Of a DNA stretch of 64,000 nt, positions 22,740 to 36,509 are shown piece by piece (position 1 is the first letter of the stretch; each line of letters starts with the position of its first letter). The stretch lies in assembly GCA_001643675.2 (NCBI GenBank), contig LSRY02000003.1, forward strand, positions 124,001 to 188,000, in the 5' to 3' direction. Made by a program: the position numbers and the translations under genes. The notes beneath the pieces were generated by a model. That model was not told the origin of the DNA, made no database searches, and saw only the letters and a program-made list of their open reading frames with translations. The DNA comes from Monocercomonoides exilis PA203. Lineage: Eukaryota; Protista; Preaxostyla.

Positions 22740-23396
22740 GGAAGGAAGGAAGGAAGGGTAAGAGGGAGAGAGAGGGATATTGGTGATGAATGGATTATCT
22801 TGTTGAGGCAATTTAGTTTATTTTTTTATTTTTGTTGTTTTGTTAGTTGGCTTTTATTGTTTTTGTATGAAAAAAATTAAAAAAAGCAAAATATGAAAGT
22901 TCATTGGAACCTCTTTCACTTGCAACTCCTCTGAATATATAAATCATCTTTATATTCGTTCTTTTGATGTTTTCAACGAATAGCATCGTTCAGTTCTCAA
23001 GTTTAATGGCTTGTTAATCATTCACATCCCATTTCTACTTCTATTTTATTCTCAATCATAGTTTTCTTTCATTGCAAAAGAAATGAATAAAGAAAGAAAA
23101 AAAGATAGAAATCTAACTTTGCTTTGTACTTGTTCATAAAACAGATGAATTTTCACATTCAAAAATTAAAAAAAGAAAGAAAAAAGAAAAGAAACATTTC
23201 GAAATTCAAGCAAAGAATTGTGCTTTCAAAAAACACAATTAAACACCAAAAAATACAACACGAAAAGAAGTGAAATAATTCATTACAAATTGAAACGACT
23301 AAAAATGACATAAAAGTCAATTAAATAACAGGAAAAAGCAGAAAGAAAAGATTATTTCTTTGAATTGATGATTTGAATGCAATGAAGTGGAGTGTC

Positions 23397-26300
23397 TCAG
23401 ATGTGCGCTTGGAGGATGTTCTTTAAGAATGCTGTGATGACTTGTGAAAAGTGCTGAAAAAGATGGAAAAACAGAATATTATTCGTGGCATTACAAAAGA
23501 GGAAGATTAATTGATAGATTTCTGAAATTTTGATACAAAAACTAAGCAAACCTTAATTTGCACATTCGAAATTGGAGCCGAAGGAACCTTTCGTTTCATC
23601 AGCAAATCCATCTGCTGTGCAGTCAGATTACCTTTCTCCTTCTCCTTCTCACCATCTTTCTCCTTCTCTTTATTTGAAGAAGAAGAAGAAGAAGAAGAAG
23701 AAGAAGAAGAGAGAATTCTTGTGAGCAGAGTCAGAAGTGTGTGCGAAGCCAGCTCCAAAGCGCCAGGCGGTGTTGTGTCGCTCACCACAAACGAAAGCAT
23801 TCCATCTGCCACTCTCGACGAAGGGGTAAAGAGAACACCACGGAAGGGAACACTTCCTGTTTGGAGGGGGGGGGGGGATTAAATTTGATTGGTTGAATGT
23901 GAAGAGAAGATTGAAGAGAATGAATGTTTGATTAGGAAGAATAAAATGAAAGAAATAAAAAAGATAATAATGACAGTAATAATAATAGGCTAAAGGAGCT
24001 TCATCCAAAAAAGTGTTCAAAAGGCAAAAAAATTAAATATCAATTAGAATTCAACACAAAAATAATCAAAATTTGTCTTTTTTTTTTTTCAATCCATTCA
24101 TCAACCAATTCATACCATCTCCTGTGGAATATGCTGAAGACAGCGAGAGGCCGAGCTCTCTGCAAGCCGTGAAGAAAGCCAAATGCGACGACTTCAGGAG
24201 AGACGGATGGGCAAACGGAGGAACAACCACAAACCACCTCTTTTCTGGCTGATGAAGAGAGGAAGAAGAAGAAGCTGAAGTTGAATCAATGATTCTGTTC
24301 TGCTGCAAGTTGTCTCCTTCATTTCCTGCTTTTCCTTCGCCCCCTTTCACAAAACCTGGTCCCGCCAACACAAGATTACTCTTCTCTCCATTTCTCCCTC
24401 TTCCATCTTCACACCCTCCCTCTCCTCCTCCTTCTCCTCCTCCTCCTCCCCCACCCACTGCAAAGCACTCCGCATCCACATCAATCGCGCCCTGTGTCAC
24501 AAACTGCATCCATCTCCACTCCCCAGCCTCTCTCAGCCTCCCTTCCCTCACCTCCACCCCGCACATCCGCACTGCCCCCCACTCGTCCACAAACACCACA
24601 TACTCCACCTGCCACGTGCCCCACAGCCCTTCTCGCCCACACACCGCCCCGACTGCATTAGACGCATCTCTCACAGCTGCCAAGGGAACACCCCGAAGTG
24701 GCGTTAAGACTCCACAGCGCTCAAATTCAGTCACTTTGTTGTGGGTAGGAGAAGAAGAAGAAGATGATGATGATGATGGAAGTGAATAATTTCCATGTGA
24801 TGTATATTTTGTTCTTAAATCGTTAGCTTTTCCTGCTGCATCATCTGAATCAGAATTGTATTCGTCTTCATCTTCATCATCTTCTTCTCTTTCTTCAATA
24901 ATCATGTCATCATCGTCCCCTTCTTCCCCTTCTCCTTCTTCCTCTTCCTCAACTCCATCCAACACATTCTCCCCAAATGCAAATCTCTTTCCTCTCCTTC
25001 CATTTCCTCCTTTCCTTCTCCTTCTCCTTCCCCCTCTCCTTCTCCTTTTCCTCTCTCTCCTCTTCCTCTCCTCCTCATCTTCTTCTCCTCTCCCAGTTAT
25101 CCACTCTCCAATGAACGTAATCTTCGACTCGCCCGTCGGCTTCACAAACATCTCAACAATTGGCTCACACAAAATCTGCTCAGCCGACGGAAACAGCTCC
25201 ACAATTGCGCCTTCTGAACACATATGCGCCAGAAAGTGAGGCCAGGAGCGATAGAAAGAAAGAGGAGGAGAAGAAGAAGATTTCTGTGTTTGTGTTTGTG
25301 TATGTGATTGTGAGTGAGAAAGAGTGTGTAAATGCAGGTGTGATTGTGATTGTGTTGGTGAATGAGGCACAAATTGAGGGAGAGAAGGCGAAGATTTCGG
25401 TGTTTTGGGGATTTTAGGCGTTTTTGGTGTGATTGGGGCGATTGGGGTGATTTGTGTCTTTGAAGAGCGAGCTGTGGAAGGCTGGGGAATGGAAGCAAAA
25501 GAGGAAGAGGATGAAATGAAGGGGAAACGAGGAGAGGAAGAAGGGACGGGGTCGAGGAAGGAAGTGGAGGAAGAAGAAGGGAAAGAAGAAGAAGAAGAAG
25601 AAGAAGAGGAGGAGGAGGAGGAGGAAGAGGAAGAGGAAGAAGATGAAGAAGAAGATGAAGTTGATTCGCGAAATGGAGAGAAGAGATTGAAAGATGAAGA
25701 GTCGCAGAATGAAATGATTGAAGGGCACAGAGGAACAGTCGACAAGGAACGAGGATCAAACACTTGTTTCGGTGCATTCTCTGGTTTCTTCTCCACTTCT
25801 CCTTCTTCTCCTCCCTCTCCTCTTTCTCCTTCTTCTTTTATTTCACCTTCTTCTTCTTCTTCTTCTTCTCCCTCTCCCTCTCTCTTCTTCTTCTCTTCCT
25901 GCTCAAACTCCAGAAATGCCAAGTTGTCCAATCCAAGTGCTTCTGCCAGAATTGGCACAAGAACTTCTTCCAACGCCGTCTGATTCGCTTTTATCTGCGC
26001 CACTCGATCTCGGTGCTTATGTGAAACACCCTTTGTGCTATTCTTGTCTTCTTCTCCTTCTCTTTCTGTTACTCCTTCTCCTTCTTCTTTATCTCTGTTC
26101 TGAATATTTCTGTCTGTTTCACTGTTATCATTCACAACACCATCTTCTTCATTTTCTTCCTTTTCCTTTTTCCCTTCTCCTCCTTCTCCCTCTCCCTCTC
26201 CCCTCATCATCTCCTCCTGCTCCTTCAACAGCCTCTCCATCTTCTCCTTCAGCACCCTCTTCTCCTCTTCCTCTTCTTCTCTCTCTTCTGCTGCTGCCAA

Positions 26301-29300
26301 TGTCAACATCGCTGATGACAGCACCACATCCTCCATCTCCATCTCCAGCTCCTCCAGCGCCTGCTCCACACACCCCTTCACCCAGCACACCACATCTCCT
26401 CTCCGCCCAACCTCATCGTCCAGCCGAATCATCACTCTTTCTGTCTGCGCCGCCCTCGACAGCAGCCGCGCGATGGCCGAAGGGACAAGAGAAGGGTCGT
26501 ACAGGTCGTAAATAGAGGGCATCGTGTTCACGTCGGCCGAGGTGAAGATCCGCTTGCTGCCAGAACGGGTGCCCATTGCGCGGGAGAGGAGAGGAGAGGC
26601 AGCGCAGAGGGGAATGTTCAGATCAGCTGATAGAATCACATCAGACTCAGACACCACACTGCTGTACATAACAGAAGGGCGGTTTTTGGTGTATGCTTTG
26701 AGCTTGGCGAGGGCAGCAGGGGAGGAAAGGAGAAGAGAAGAGAGAGAAAGATGGGGAGAAAGATAGGAGCAGGCTTCGGGGACGATGATGCGGAGGCGGC
26801 TGTCGATGTTGGAGATGGGGCCATCAGAACGAAGAGAGCAGATGATGGAGGAGGGAGTTGTGGTGGATGAGGATGAGGAGGAAGAGGAGGAGGATGATGA
26901 CAAAGAAGTAGAAGAAGAAGATGTTGATGATGAAATAGGAGTTGGTGTGTGTGAACGAGAAGTCGGACCTAAATAGAAATAACAAAATAAATAAATAAAT
27001 AAAATAGATTAATAAATAAGCACACAAGCACTGTTCAAAGGAATTGAAGTGATTGCAGAAGCAGACAATGAAGAGGTAGAAGAAGAAGAAGCAGAAGAAG
27101 AAACAGACATCATCAGCTTCTTTGCGTAAGTGAGGACAGCTTGTGGGAGAGGGAAAGGAGAGACGAGGATGACATCCACATGAGGATCACGCAGATCAAG
27201 CAGAGACGAAATGTCTGACTGGAGCTGAGGAAACAGATGGAAAAGCACATCTGAAGGGGAAGGAACACGACTTTTGGAGAAAGAGGATGAAAGAGAAGAA
27301 GAAGATGTTGATGATGATGAATTGCTTGAGCCTTTCAAATGATAAAACAACGAGTCAGCAGAAGCAAAGCCCTCTGCTTCAGGCAGTTCCAACTGTGCAT
27401 ACTTCTCGTTCTGCAGTGCCATTCTTATGCTCTTCTCACTCACTGCTGCCTTCCCCTCTGCGCCCAGCCCTCCGCCCGCCGTGTCCTCCACCACATTCGC
27501 CACCCACCTCTCGAATTCTGCCTTCTCCACGGAACAGCTCGCATCCACAGACATTCTGATCCGCTCGTCCCACCCAACCGACGGCAGGTGCACATGCACC
27601 CGGCGCGTGTGCTGCATCTCCCGCCAGCTCGTCTGCAGCGCAACAGCCAGCTCTCTTCTCCTTTCTTCTCGCACTGCCATCCGCTGCACTCGCTCCTCCA
27701 CAAACGCCTTCCGCACACAATAGTCCCTCCACCCCTTCTGGATGACAGCTGCTGCCTGGCCCTTGGGACAGTACCGGAGATACTGTCTTCTCGCCCTCCA
27801 CATCCGAAACACCGACTGAATAGCCACCGCTGCCTTCGCCTCGCAGTCGCCAAACTGGAAGCGCCGGCCGACTGAATGGAGAAGAGGCTCAATCTCATCG
27901 CGGTTGACGACAAGAGACAGAATCTGGCTCGTCTTCAGACGCAGAGAGGGTGGGAGTGCACGCACAGCCTCCCAGGAACGAGAAGAAGAAGAAGAAGAAG
28001 AAATATTTCCTCCTTCCTTTGCCCTCTCCTTCCCTGCCTTCCCTGGCACATACACAAAGTCGTCGCTGGTAGCGAGCTGAACCACTTTCTTCCCGCTCAC
28101 AAAGACCAAATCGATTCCATTCTCCACACACCACCACTCCACCTGCTGCAGCACCGCCTCTATGCGCTGCCAGTGCTCGCCAAATGCGCGGGAGAAGGAG
28201 GAATATTCGGGTGTGTCCCGCACAACCGCCCCGCGCCGCACAATCAGATGGTGTAGCGAATACTCGTCCAGCAGATCGTCAAAGCTGCGAAGTGCAGTTT
28301 GGGCTGCAGAGGAAGAAGAAGAGGCAGAAGAGTCGTTGTTTGGCAGAGGAGCATTTGAAGTGTTGGAGAATGAGTCTGAGGTTGCTCCGCGATGTGCTTC
28401 TGCTGCTGCTGCTGCTGTTTCGTTTTCAGCACGGCGCCTTCTTTCATTCTCTTCCTCTTCCTCTCTTTCTCTTTCTCTTTCTCTTTCTCTTTCACTCAAG
28501 CTGTTCTCACTTCGTGCAGAATTCGTCTGCCTTTCTCCAGCTGTCCACTTTCTCATCGCTCTTCTCTTCAGCATTTGCTCAGTCACATGCGGATGATACG
28601 AATGGTCTGGCAAGAGCGATCGCAAAGGAGCGTCTGTCCCAATGGGCGTGGTCAGATCAAGTATTCCTTCGCCCACAAGAACTCTTCTATCACCCTCTGC
28701 ACTCAGCTTTTTGCGTGCTCGTCTCGTACCGTCGGGAAACACCACCGTCTCAAATTGCTCTTCCAGCGGATGTGCAGTCGCCATTTGCGTTTGCAGTGAG
28801 GCCATTTTGTCTATTCCAAGTGCAATCGTAAGATCTTTGGGAGTTTTCAGAAACCCTCTGTCTGCCAATGATATTGCTGACATTGATGCCATTGCGGGAG
28901 AATACACAGATGTTGGCTGATTGGAATCCGCAAGCGGTAATCCCCCTTTCAAGAGAGTTGTTTCTTTGGCTCCAGGCATTTCTTCCTCGCGAAAGCGAAC
29001 ATTTGGATTATTTCTGACTTTTGATGGAACAATTGCAAGTGGTGTTGTTGTCTTTGTTTTATTAATCTTTCCTTCTGGTGCACGGCCAACGCGCCGTGGT
29101 GCCGAGCATCGCCGTTGTTTCTTTATGTGAAATCGTTCTGAAAGGATTGATTGAGCATCAGGATTTCCAAGAACACGCGAAGTAATTTGATCTTGCTTTT
29201 GATTTCTGATTAAGGCCGAATACGAAACAAACGAGCTTTGTTGTGCAGTTAGTGATGCAGGAGAATTTTCACGTTTTGGACTTAGAGAACTTGTAGAATT

Positions 29301-29573
29301 GAAAAATGGTTGGTTTAATAAAATCTTTGAAGTTCTCGAATGGGCCATTCCATATGACTTTTTGGAATGTGTTGATTGCTTTTGAAACTGTTTCTCATCT
29401 CTTGTTACGCCTTCAGACGGCATTGGTCTTAAAGAACTTGTGTTTGTCGCAAATAATTGATTGGACCGTTGTGATGATTGAATTCCCGAAGCTGATGGTG
29501 GACGTAAATCGGATGGACGCAGCGTTAGAGGAGGAAGACGGGTAAATGATGGTGAGTCTGTTGTCCCATACAT
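23397..29573 (-). CDS. IQCH: IQ-motif-containing protein H (IQCH)-like, with long Ser/Glu-rich inserts
   Basis: Exons at about 29573-27030, 26968-24116, 23856-23552 and 23453-23397. Motifs: LLDEYSLHHLIVRRGAVVRDTPEYSSF; IQ motifs IQSVFRMWRARRQY and IQKGWR; VHVHLPS; SGSKRIFTSADVN. An additional 5' exon is possible. Confidence 0.75.
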
Positions 29574-30016
29574 ACCGCTGAATAATTGTTCTTTTGATGA
29601 AAGTTGTTGAATTAAAATGAAAATTGTGGGTGTCCTAAAAAAAAATTAAACAAAAGTTTTTTTATTTATTTTTGTGAACTTTCATTCTTATGTACGTTAA
29701 CTCATATAAAAATAAAATAAATGTAATTGAATTTAAATAAAAAGAAAAACCATGCCAATATCTCAAACATGAAATAAATATTTTGAAAGGTATACTTTCT
29801 TAACGAAAATGAACAAAATTTGAATCCAACAGAAAAGCAAAATACTCTTGACATAAATGAAAAGAATGTACGAAATAACTTTTATAATTCTATCTTTACA
29901 TCTTGCACTTGAATGTACATTTCTATTATTCTTAAAAGAAAACTTTAAAATAATCATGAAAAAAATATTCTAGACACATTCTCCTTAACTATACACACAA
30001 AAATTAAATATCTTTT

Positions 30017-31127
30017 TTAACTTGCTAAGTTAGGATGCAATGGTTTTGCCAATTCTGAATTTGGAGACATTTCATATTTTATTCCTGGTACTTGGCCTGA
30101 ATATCCTTTTCCAGTTTGCTTGTCATTTGAAATTGAAATAAATGTAGCCCGAAAGCGAGAAAAAGTCAGATACGTAAATAATATAGAAAATGAAAAATCC
30201 AACAAAATGAAGCGCAGGATGCCCGCACCAGCAACTCTGAGTAAAGCCTTCCAACTGCATTTCAAATAAATTTAGAAAGTTATTAAATAATAAAATTCAC
30301 AATGTAAGATTATTAAATCAAACCAAAGGGTTTCATCAAATAAACAATCATTCCATTCTTCTTCGGTAATAATTGTCTGCTTAGCTATGGCCTCGTACAC
30401 CTCCACAACAAGACACGTCAAAGATATAACAAGCATTGTCAACAAAAGTGTGACAAGCATCTTCACCCTTAGCAAAAAATTACTATTGATAATAAATCGC
30501 TTACTCATTTTATACACAGAACGGCATAAATTAATAACAAAGATTGGCAGAGGAAGCATAAGTAAAGCATCATAAAGAATTAATAAAACTCCTTCAGCCT
30601 CCCACGTACTGTAAGATAATGGATCAGCAACGCAGCAAATGAATGAAGAAATCAAAATCAAAAACACAATGACAAAATGCACATAAATAATGATAGAAGA
30701 GCATCTCTTTGATGACGAAAATGGTATTAGAGCACCCTTTGCAAGATATGTCTCAAGGAATTCAGAAGATAAATAATGAAAATGCTCCATAATGTGACAT
30801 AAAATCAAATACTGCAAAGGTAAACCAACGGGAAGTGGAACGATATGCACAAATGCAAAGTAAAAATTGAACAAAAACGCTGAAGCATAATAAAAGAATT
30901 TCATCTTATTCATTTTTTTTCCTTGTGATTTAATTTCGTCAACAATAAGTAAAAAAAATAATATCATTGTACAAATGGAGCAAATGACTGGTGGTAAAAT
31001 TGCTGATCCTCCAATTCCATAAACAACTGTTGAAGAAAAATGACATTAAAAAAATGAAACTGAATAATATTATAAGCAGGCCTGGAAATTCAAAAATCAA
31101 ATATGCTTGCGTTGGTGGCTCCTCCAT
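30017..31127 (-). CDS. Multipass membrane protein (about 6-7 TM), probably three exons
   Basis: Three consecutive same-strand hydrophobic ORF segments (31127-30970, 30920-30295, ~30245-30017) separated by intron-sized gaps. Exact splice sites were not resolved. Confidence 0.55.
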
Positions 31128-31261
31128 CAAAGTGAAATCAAAAATTTTTTAAATCAATAGAATCCAATTAAGACGCAATTTATCAAAATAAATATCTTCG
31201 TCGAATTGTCTATTTTTTTATGGGATCAAACAAAAGACTTCAATCACAATCCAATCCAAGC

Positions 31262-31360
31262 GAAAAAAAAAAAAAAAAGAAAGAAAGAAAAAGAAAAGAA
31301 AAAGAAAAGAAAAAAAAAATGAAAAGAAAAAAAAAAAAAAAGAAAAGAAAAAAAAAAAAG
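31262..31360. repeat. Polypurine (GAAAA)n/poly(A) tract
   Basis: Almost uninterrupted A/G run of ~100 bp. Confidence 0.85.
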
Positions 31361-32029
31361 TCAATTCAAAAATAGAAAGAATACACCAGAACATAAGAAT
31401 ATTTTAGTGCAATGGTTTTTCTCTATGTAAAGTTATTTCTTAAAAAAGAACAAAAGAAAAGAAAAGAAATAGTTTTAACCAAATTTGAAACTCTATTTTT
31501 TTTCTGACAGAGGAAATCTTGTGAAGGACGAAACAAATTTTTTTCTTAGTTCCTCTAATTGCAGCAATGCTTCATTCAGAACATGTTTTTTTTTTCCTGA
31601 TGTGAAATACTTATTGATTTTATTGCAATTGAAAGTATTCTCAATTAAAAAATTTGGATAAAGTATCATTTCTTTTTAAATTGTAGTTTTAAAGAAAAAT
31701 TTTTGGAAAGTCTTTTTAAATAATCAAAAGCATTTATGAAACAAAAAGATTACTTTTATTCATAATTCTTTCAAAAAATGAAAATAAAAAGGTTCTGATT
31801 GAAATGAAATAAATTGTATTTAATAATACAATATAAACGAAAAGTATTCATAAACCTGAAAGTTAATTAAATCAATTGAAATTTGATTGTCAACTTTGAT
31901 TATAAGGAAAGAAAGCACATTCCGAATCAAATGCACTTCTTAGTTCTCTTTTTATTTTTAAAAATTAATCATTCTTCCAAAAAGAAAGAATTTTTTATTC
32001 TTTTGTATGATGAAATTTCCTTGAACAGT

Positions 32030-34468
32030 CTAATCATCCATTCCTTCAAAAGGAGATTGATCATCCTCCATTGCATTCTGTTCCTGATCCTGTCCTTCGC
32101 CTTGATCTTGTTCTTGTCCCTGCTCATCCAAAGGCTCTCTTCTTGTTCTTTTTGTTGTGCCTGTTAATGTCGAATAGTCAAGAGATTTGCTCTTTGGCCT
32201 TCCTCTTTTTCTTGGTGCTGCTTCTTCAGACGAAGTTCCTGCACCGCCCTGGTGATGGTGAGGAGGTCTTCCTTGAGGAGCTGAAGCAGACGGAGGAGCA
32301 AGAGGCCCAGGCTGTGGAATAGGAGTGTGCATCACCATTGGCATAGGCATCGGGATCTGCATTGGCATTGCCTGTTGAGGCTGAATGGGGACAGTTCCAG
32401 TCATTCCCATCTGCATAGGCTGCCCAGCTGGTGCCACTCCCTGTGCTGCTCCTGAAGCTGGCTGAGTGCCACCACTCATCATCATCGCTGGCTGCCCTGT
32501 CGTCATTCCCATTTGCACAGTCATTCCGCCTCTTGCAGTCGAAACGCCTGCACTTAATGCTAAAGGATTAATAGACATTGCACCACTTCCTTGTCTTTGA
32601 GCATTTGCTGCTTGAGATGCTGACGATGAGTCTGCAGAGCCTTCGCCGCTCATAACATCAACTCCTTCCTCGCTTTTTTCCATTTTCATTTCATTACCTC
32701 CTTCAGCTGGCATTGGGGGTTGTTGCTGTGGTTGCTGCATTGGCTGAGCTGCTTGCTGTGGTTGTGGAGGTTGTTGTTGTTGTTGCTGCTGCTGCTGCTG
32801 TTGTTGAGGCTGCTGGGGTTGCTGTTGAGGATTCATCATTTGAGGATACTGCTGTGGCTGAGGATGATATGTTCCTGTAAGAATTTGAGCAGCTGTTGCA
32901 TACGTATCTCCAGCAGTCATCATTGCATTGATAACTTTTGTATAGGCTTCCTGATCTCTCAGATCGGTTACGCCCATTTGTTCTGCCATCATCTGCAATT
33001 GAGCTACTGCCTGTGCCTGAAGCATCACTTGCTGCTGCTCTTGCTGACGCTGTGCAGCTGCATAATTCTCCATGTCTTTGCTATCTTCTCCATAAACTTG
33101 ATGCAACTGACTCTTATATCCCATAATTCTCAAACGATATTCTTCCACTTCTTCTCTTCTCAGCACCTTCCACCTTCTCCAGCACTGATTATCAGTACGA
33201 TTGCCCATCTCCTTTGCCACGTCTGTCCAACGACCAACACCGATACGATCAATAATACTAAGCAATTTCTGATCTTCTTCGTCTGTCCACACTTGATGTG
33301 AAATTTCAGGAGCAAGCAAGTTGCAATATCTCTCTCTGCATTGCACGTCAGTTCTTCGTGGAACATGTTGAGCGATCAATGCCCATTTTCCTGAGCCATA
33401 GATTGCAGTGGCCAATTGAAGCCTTCTATCTTCTTCCCAATCCCATTTACCTTTCTTGATATCAGGTGCTAATGTCTTTTGATATCTATGCAAACATTGT
33501 TGCCCTGTTCTTCCATCAAGACAATTTGCAACTTGACCCCAATTCTTTAGCCCGTAAAGTTTCACTGCTTCGTTCAAAATTCTATCTTCATCTTCTGTCC
33601 ATTTTGATTTTGTAAGAGTTGGGTTTAGAGTTCTTTGGTACTTGGCGAAGCACTGAGTTGGCGTTCTCCTTGATCCGAGCTCCTGTCCCATTTGCTGAGA
33701 AATATATTGCCAATTATGACCACGATGTTGAATTGCCAAAAACCGTAATTTTCTTTCTTCTTCTTTTGTCCAAGGTGATTTATCAATCCACGGAGCATCA
33801 ACATTCATCCATCTAATTTGGCATTCATGTGGTGTACGACCAACTACGTGCATGCTTGCCAATTCGTACCAATCGATATTTTCAACACTTGCTTCAAGTT
33901 GTCTTGGATCAATAATATTAATTGCTTCTTGTGCTTTTCTCAGAATCTCTTCGTCTTCTTTTGTCTTGGCACTTTCTTCGTATCTCTTTCGAGCTTGCTC
34001 AAATAAATGTTTTTGATTTTGATGTTTGATTCCGATTGCCAAAGCTTTTGATTCTTGTTCTGTCCACTTTCGAACTTTAAATACTAGTGGCATTTTATCC
34101 TTCAATTTAGCCTTAGCTATTGTATCTGGATTATCAGGAGGTTTGTCACCGTCTGTATCAACAAACATGCTTAAACTTCTTTTCCTCTCAATGGATACTT
34201 TCCGTGCTTGTTGATGAGACAACCTGTGATCTAATTCGTGCAATTTGTTCATATTATCTTGTAATTCAATTAGCCTCGCTCGTATCTTCTCGAGCTGGGC
34301 TTGCAAAACTTGTTGGTATTCAATATTGGTTCTTAAAGAAAAATCTATTGGGCTCATAATTGGCTCTGACTGAAAAGCTGGCTGCATCATTCCTTCTGAA
34401 CCATCATATACTGGGTATTGATATGCTTGCTGTTGTTGCCCATATGTTTGCGTATTATTCGCTTCCAT
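32030..34468 (-). CDS. SNAPC4: snRNA-activating protein complex subunit 4 (SNAP190)-like Myb protein
   Basis: Intronless 812-aa ORF. N-terminal coiled coil, PPDNPDT motif, a split first Myb repeat followed by four Myb repeats (WTKEEE, WTEDED, WDWEED, WTDEED), and a Gln/Pro-rich tail. Confidence 0.8.
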   Translation of the reverse strand: MEANNTQTYGQQQQAYQYPVYDGSEGMMQPAFQSEPIMSPIDFSLRTNIEYQQVLQAQLEKIRARLIELQDNMNKLHELDHRLSHQQARKVSIERKRSLSMFVDTDGDKPPDNPDTIAKAKLKDKMPLVFKVRKWTEQESKALAIGIKHQNQKHLFEQARKRYEESAKTKEDEEILRKAQEAINIIDPRQLEASVENIDWYELASMHVVGRTPHECQIRWMNVDAPWIDKSPWTKEEERKLRFLAIQHRGHNWQYISQQMGQELGSRRTPTQCFAKYQRTLNPTLTKSKWTEDEDRILNEAVKLYGLKNWGQVANCLDGRTGQQCLHRYQKTLAPDIKKGKWDWEEDRRLQLATAIYGSGKWALIAQHVPRRTDVQCRERYCNLLAPEISHQVWTDEEDQKLLSIIDRIGVGRWTDVAKEMGNRTDNQCWRRWKVLRREEVEEYRLRIMGYKSQLHQVYGEDSKDMENYAAAQRQQEQQQVMLQAQAVAQLQMMAEQMGVTDLRDQEAYTKVINAMMTAGDTYATAAQILTGTYHPQPQQYPQMMNPQQQPQQPQQQQQQQQQQQQPPQPQQAAQPMQQPQQQPPMPAEGGNEMKMEKSEEGVDVMSGEGSADSSSASQAANAQRQGSGAMSINPLALSAGVSTARGGMTVQMGMTTGQPAMMMSGGTQPASGAAQGVAPAGQPMQMGMTGTVPIQPQQAMPMQIPMPMPMVMHTPIPQPGPLAPPSASAPQGRPPHHHQGGAGTSSEEAAPRKRGRPKSKSLDYSTLTGTTKRTRREPLDEQGQEQDQGEGQDQEQNAMEDDQSPFEGMDD

Positions 34469-36509
34469 TCTTTCAGTAAAAATTCTGACAAAAAATGGTT
34501 AGTCAAGATAGGATTTTATTTTGATCAACATGATCAAACCATATTAAGTGGTTTTTTGATATTTTTAGAAAATTTTTGATAAATATTTCATGGAGCTTGT
34601 TTGTATTTAAACAATGAACTTTTTATACTCAATAACTTTTTAAAAGCTTATGTACGATATTTCTGAGTTAAAATTATTGCCTTCTTCATCATAATTTATA
34701 TTCATTTTTTCAAAACATTTTTCACTTATTATTTTCGCACAAGATTGTGTAGTTTTGTTCTTGAACAACGCAATATTCAAATGTTTTGGAAAGTTCCTCG
34801 AGCTTGTTGGAATGAACGCGAATAAAAGATATGTGATATTTTTGTTATCCAAAACATATATCTGAAGAAACATATCAATTGAATTTTAGAACGTACAGTG
34901 TTGAAGATAGATTTGCGAAAAGCAAATCGTCGTTTAAGAATTGAATCGCCTGAGATTCTATTCTTGCGTTCAATTTAATGATTTTTGTTTTTAAATTTTT
35001 TGTTTTTAAATTTTTTGTTTTATTTAATTAATATGTTAAGGATCCCAATAATAATTTTTGAAGATTATTCCCTGAAATTGCATGTCCTTCAAATATAGAA
35101 TGTGTCATTTGTCTACGAGACGATGAAACACCTTTTATTTTTTAATCTTGATAATAAATTTTTCACAGATTATTTTGATAAGTTATGATAATTAGGTTGA
35201 TGTTTATGCTTTTTTAAGAAAGATAACTGTTTTTGAAAAAGAAACATAGAAAGAAAAGTTTTGAGTATTAAATGTCAGTATTTTGAAGTTGTTTGTTTTA
35301 TTCATCGACATGTTATATTTTTGCTTCAAAAATATTAATAATCACTTTGACTAGAATCAGAAAAACGATATTTTTTGTTTGAAAATTTATTTCTTTCGTC
35401 ATCAAGTTTCAAATAACATATTTGGAAAAAAATTTTTTATCAAGAATGAGCGAAATATGATAATGTGAAATAGTCTGATATAAATAAATTACAATTATAA
35501 AAATTATATTATATGAAATTCATTCATTTCACTTCTAAATTTTTTTTTCATTTCGAAATTGAACAATTTTTTTTCGAATTTGACTGTTTCTGGTGAATTG
35601 AATTGAAAATATGTAATTCCAAACAGAAATAATTGATATTTTATCAAAAACGCTAAAGTAAAGGTTAATAAAAACTAAATTTAACTTCCTGCATCTTTTG
35701 GAGTAATTGAGTTGATAAAAAAAATAAAGCGATTTGCTAATCAGTGGAAGTTTTGTTTTTTCAAAATATGTGAAAGAAGATCACAAGAAAAAAAATTTAA
35801 AAATTAATTGATATATTACATGTTATCGATGATTAATTTTCTTCTGATTTATGATTTGGACAGCAACTATTTCAAAATATATTGTTTTGTTATTCATTTT
35901 TGATATTCCAACAGGAGTTCCTTTAACATTTGGGTGATTATTTTTGAAATCATATTTCTTCAATCAAAAATTATAGTTTGAAAAATTTCCGAGAACATCA
36001 GCAAATGAACACTGAATAGTTAACAAGCATTTTTTAAAGATCTTAGTCTTTTTTTCAGCTTTCACATTTGTTTTTAAAAACAGTCGTGATGAATTCAGCA
36101 TTTGAATTCAAAATCTCTAACAGATGGTCAATAACCTTTGATAAATCAATACACCGAAAAATATTTTGATTTCAAAAATATTCACACGTATGTCAAAAAT
36201 TGAAATTGAATGCGTTTCATTTGTTTTCTATAATGTAAAAAAATAATCTATGAATCGGTATTAACCCATTCAAAAAAACTTTTTGAAAATCAAATTGACA
36301 ATTTTGATGATCAAGCTCCCAATAATAATTTTTTTGTTAATTGGAAATGTTGATTGAGTCATTTTTTTATCACATTTTGTTAGTGATCTTCATTTACAGT
36401 CACTGACAAAATTGAATATGATAAATATGAAAGCACAATCAACGTATCAATTCCATAGTGCTTTATGAAGACTTTAGAAGTTTTTGCAATCGTTTATTTT
36501 ATTTCAATA

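Noticed and set aside
34640-35140. Exon-like fragments on the minus strand upstream of SNAPC4
   Set aside because: There is one plausible short intron, but no consistent start-to-stop model and no recognisable motif.
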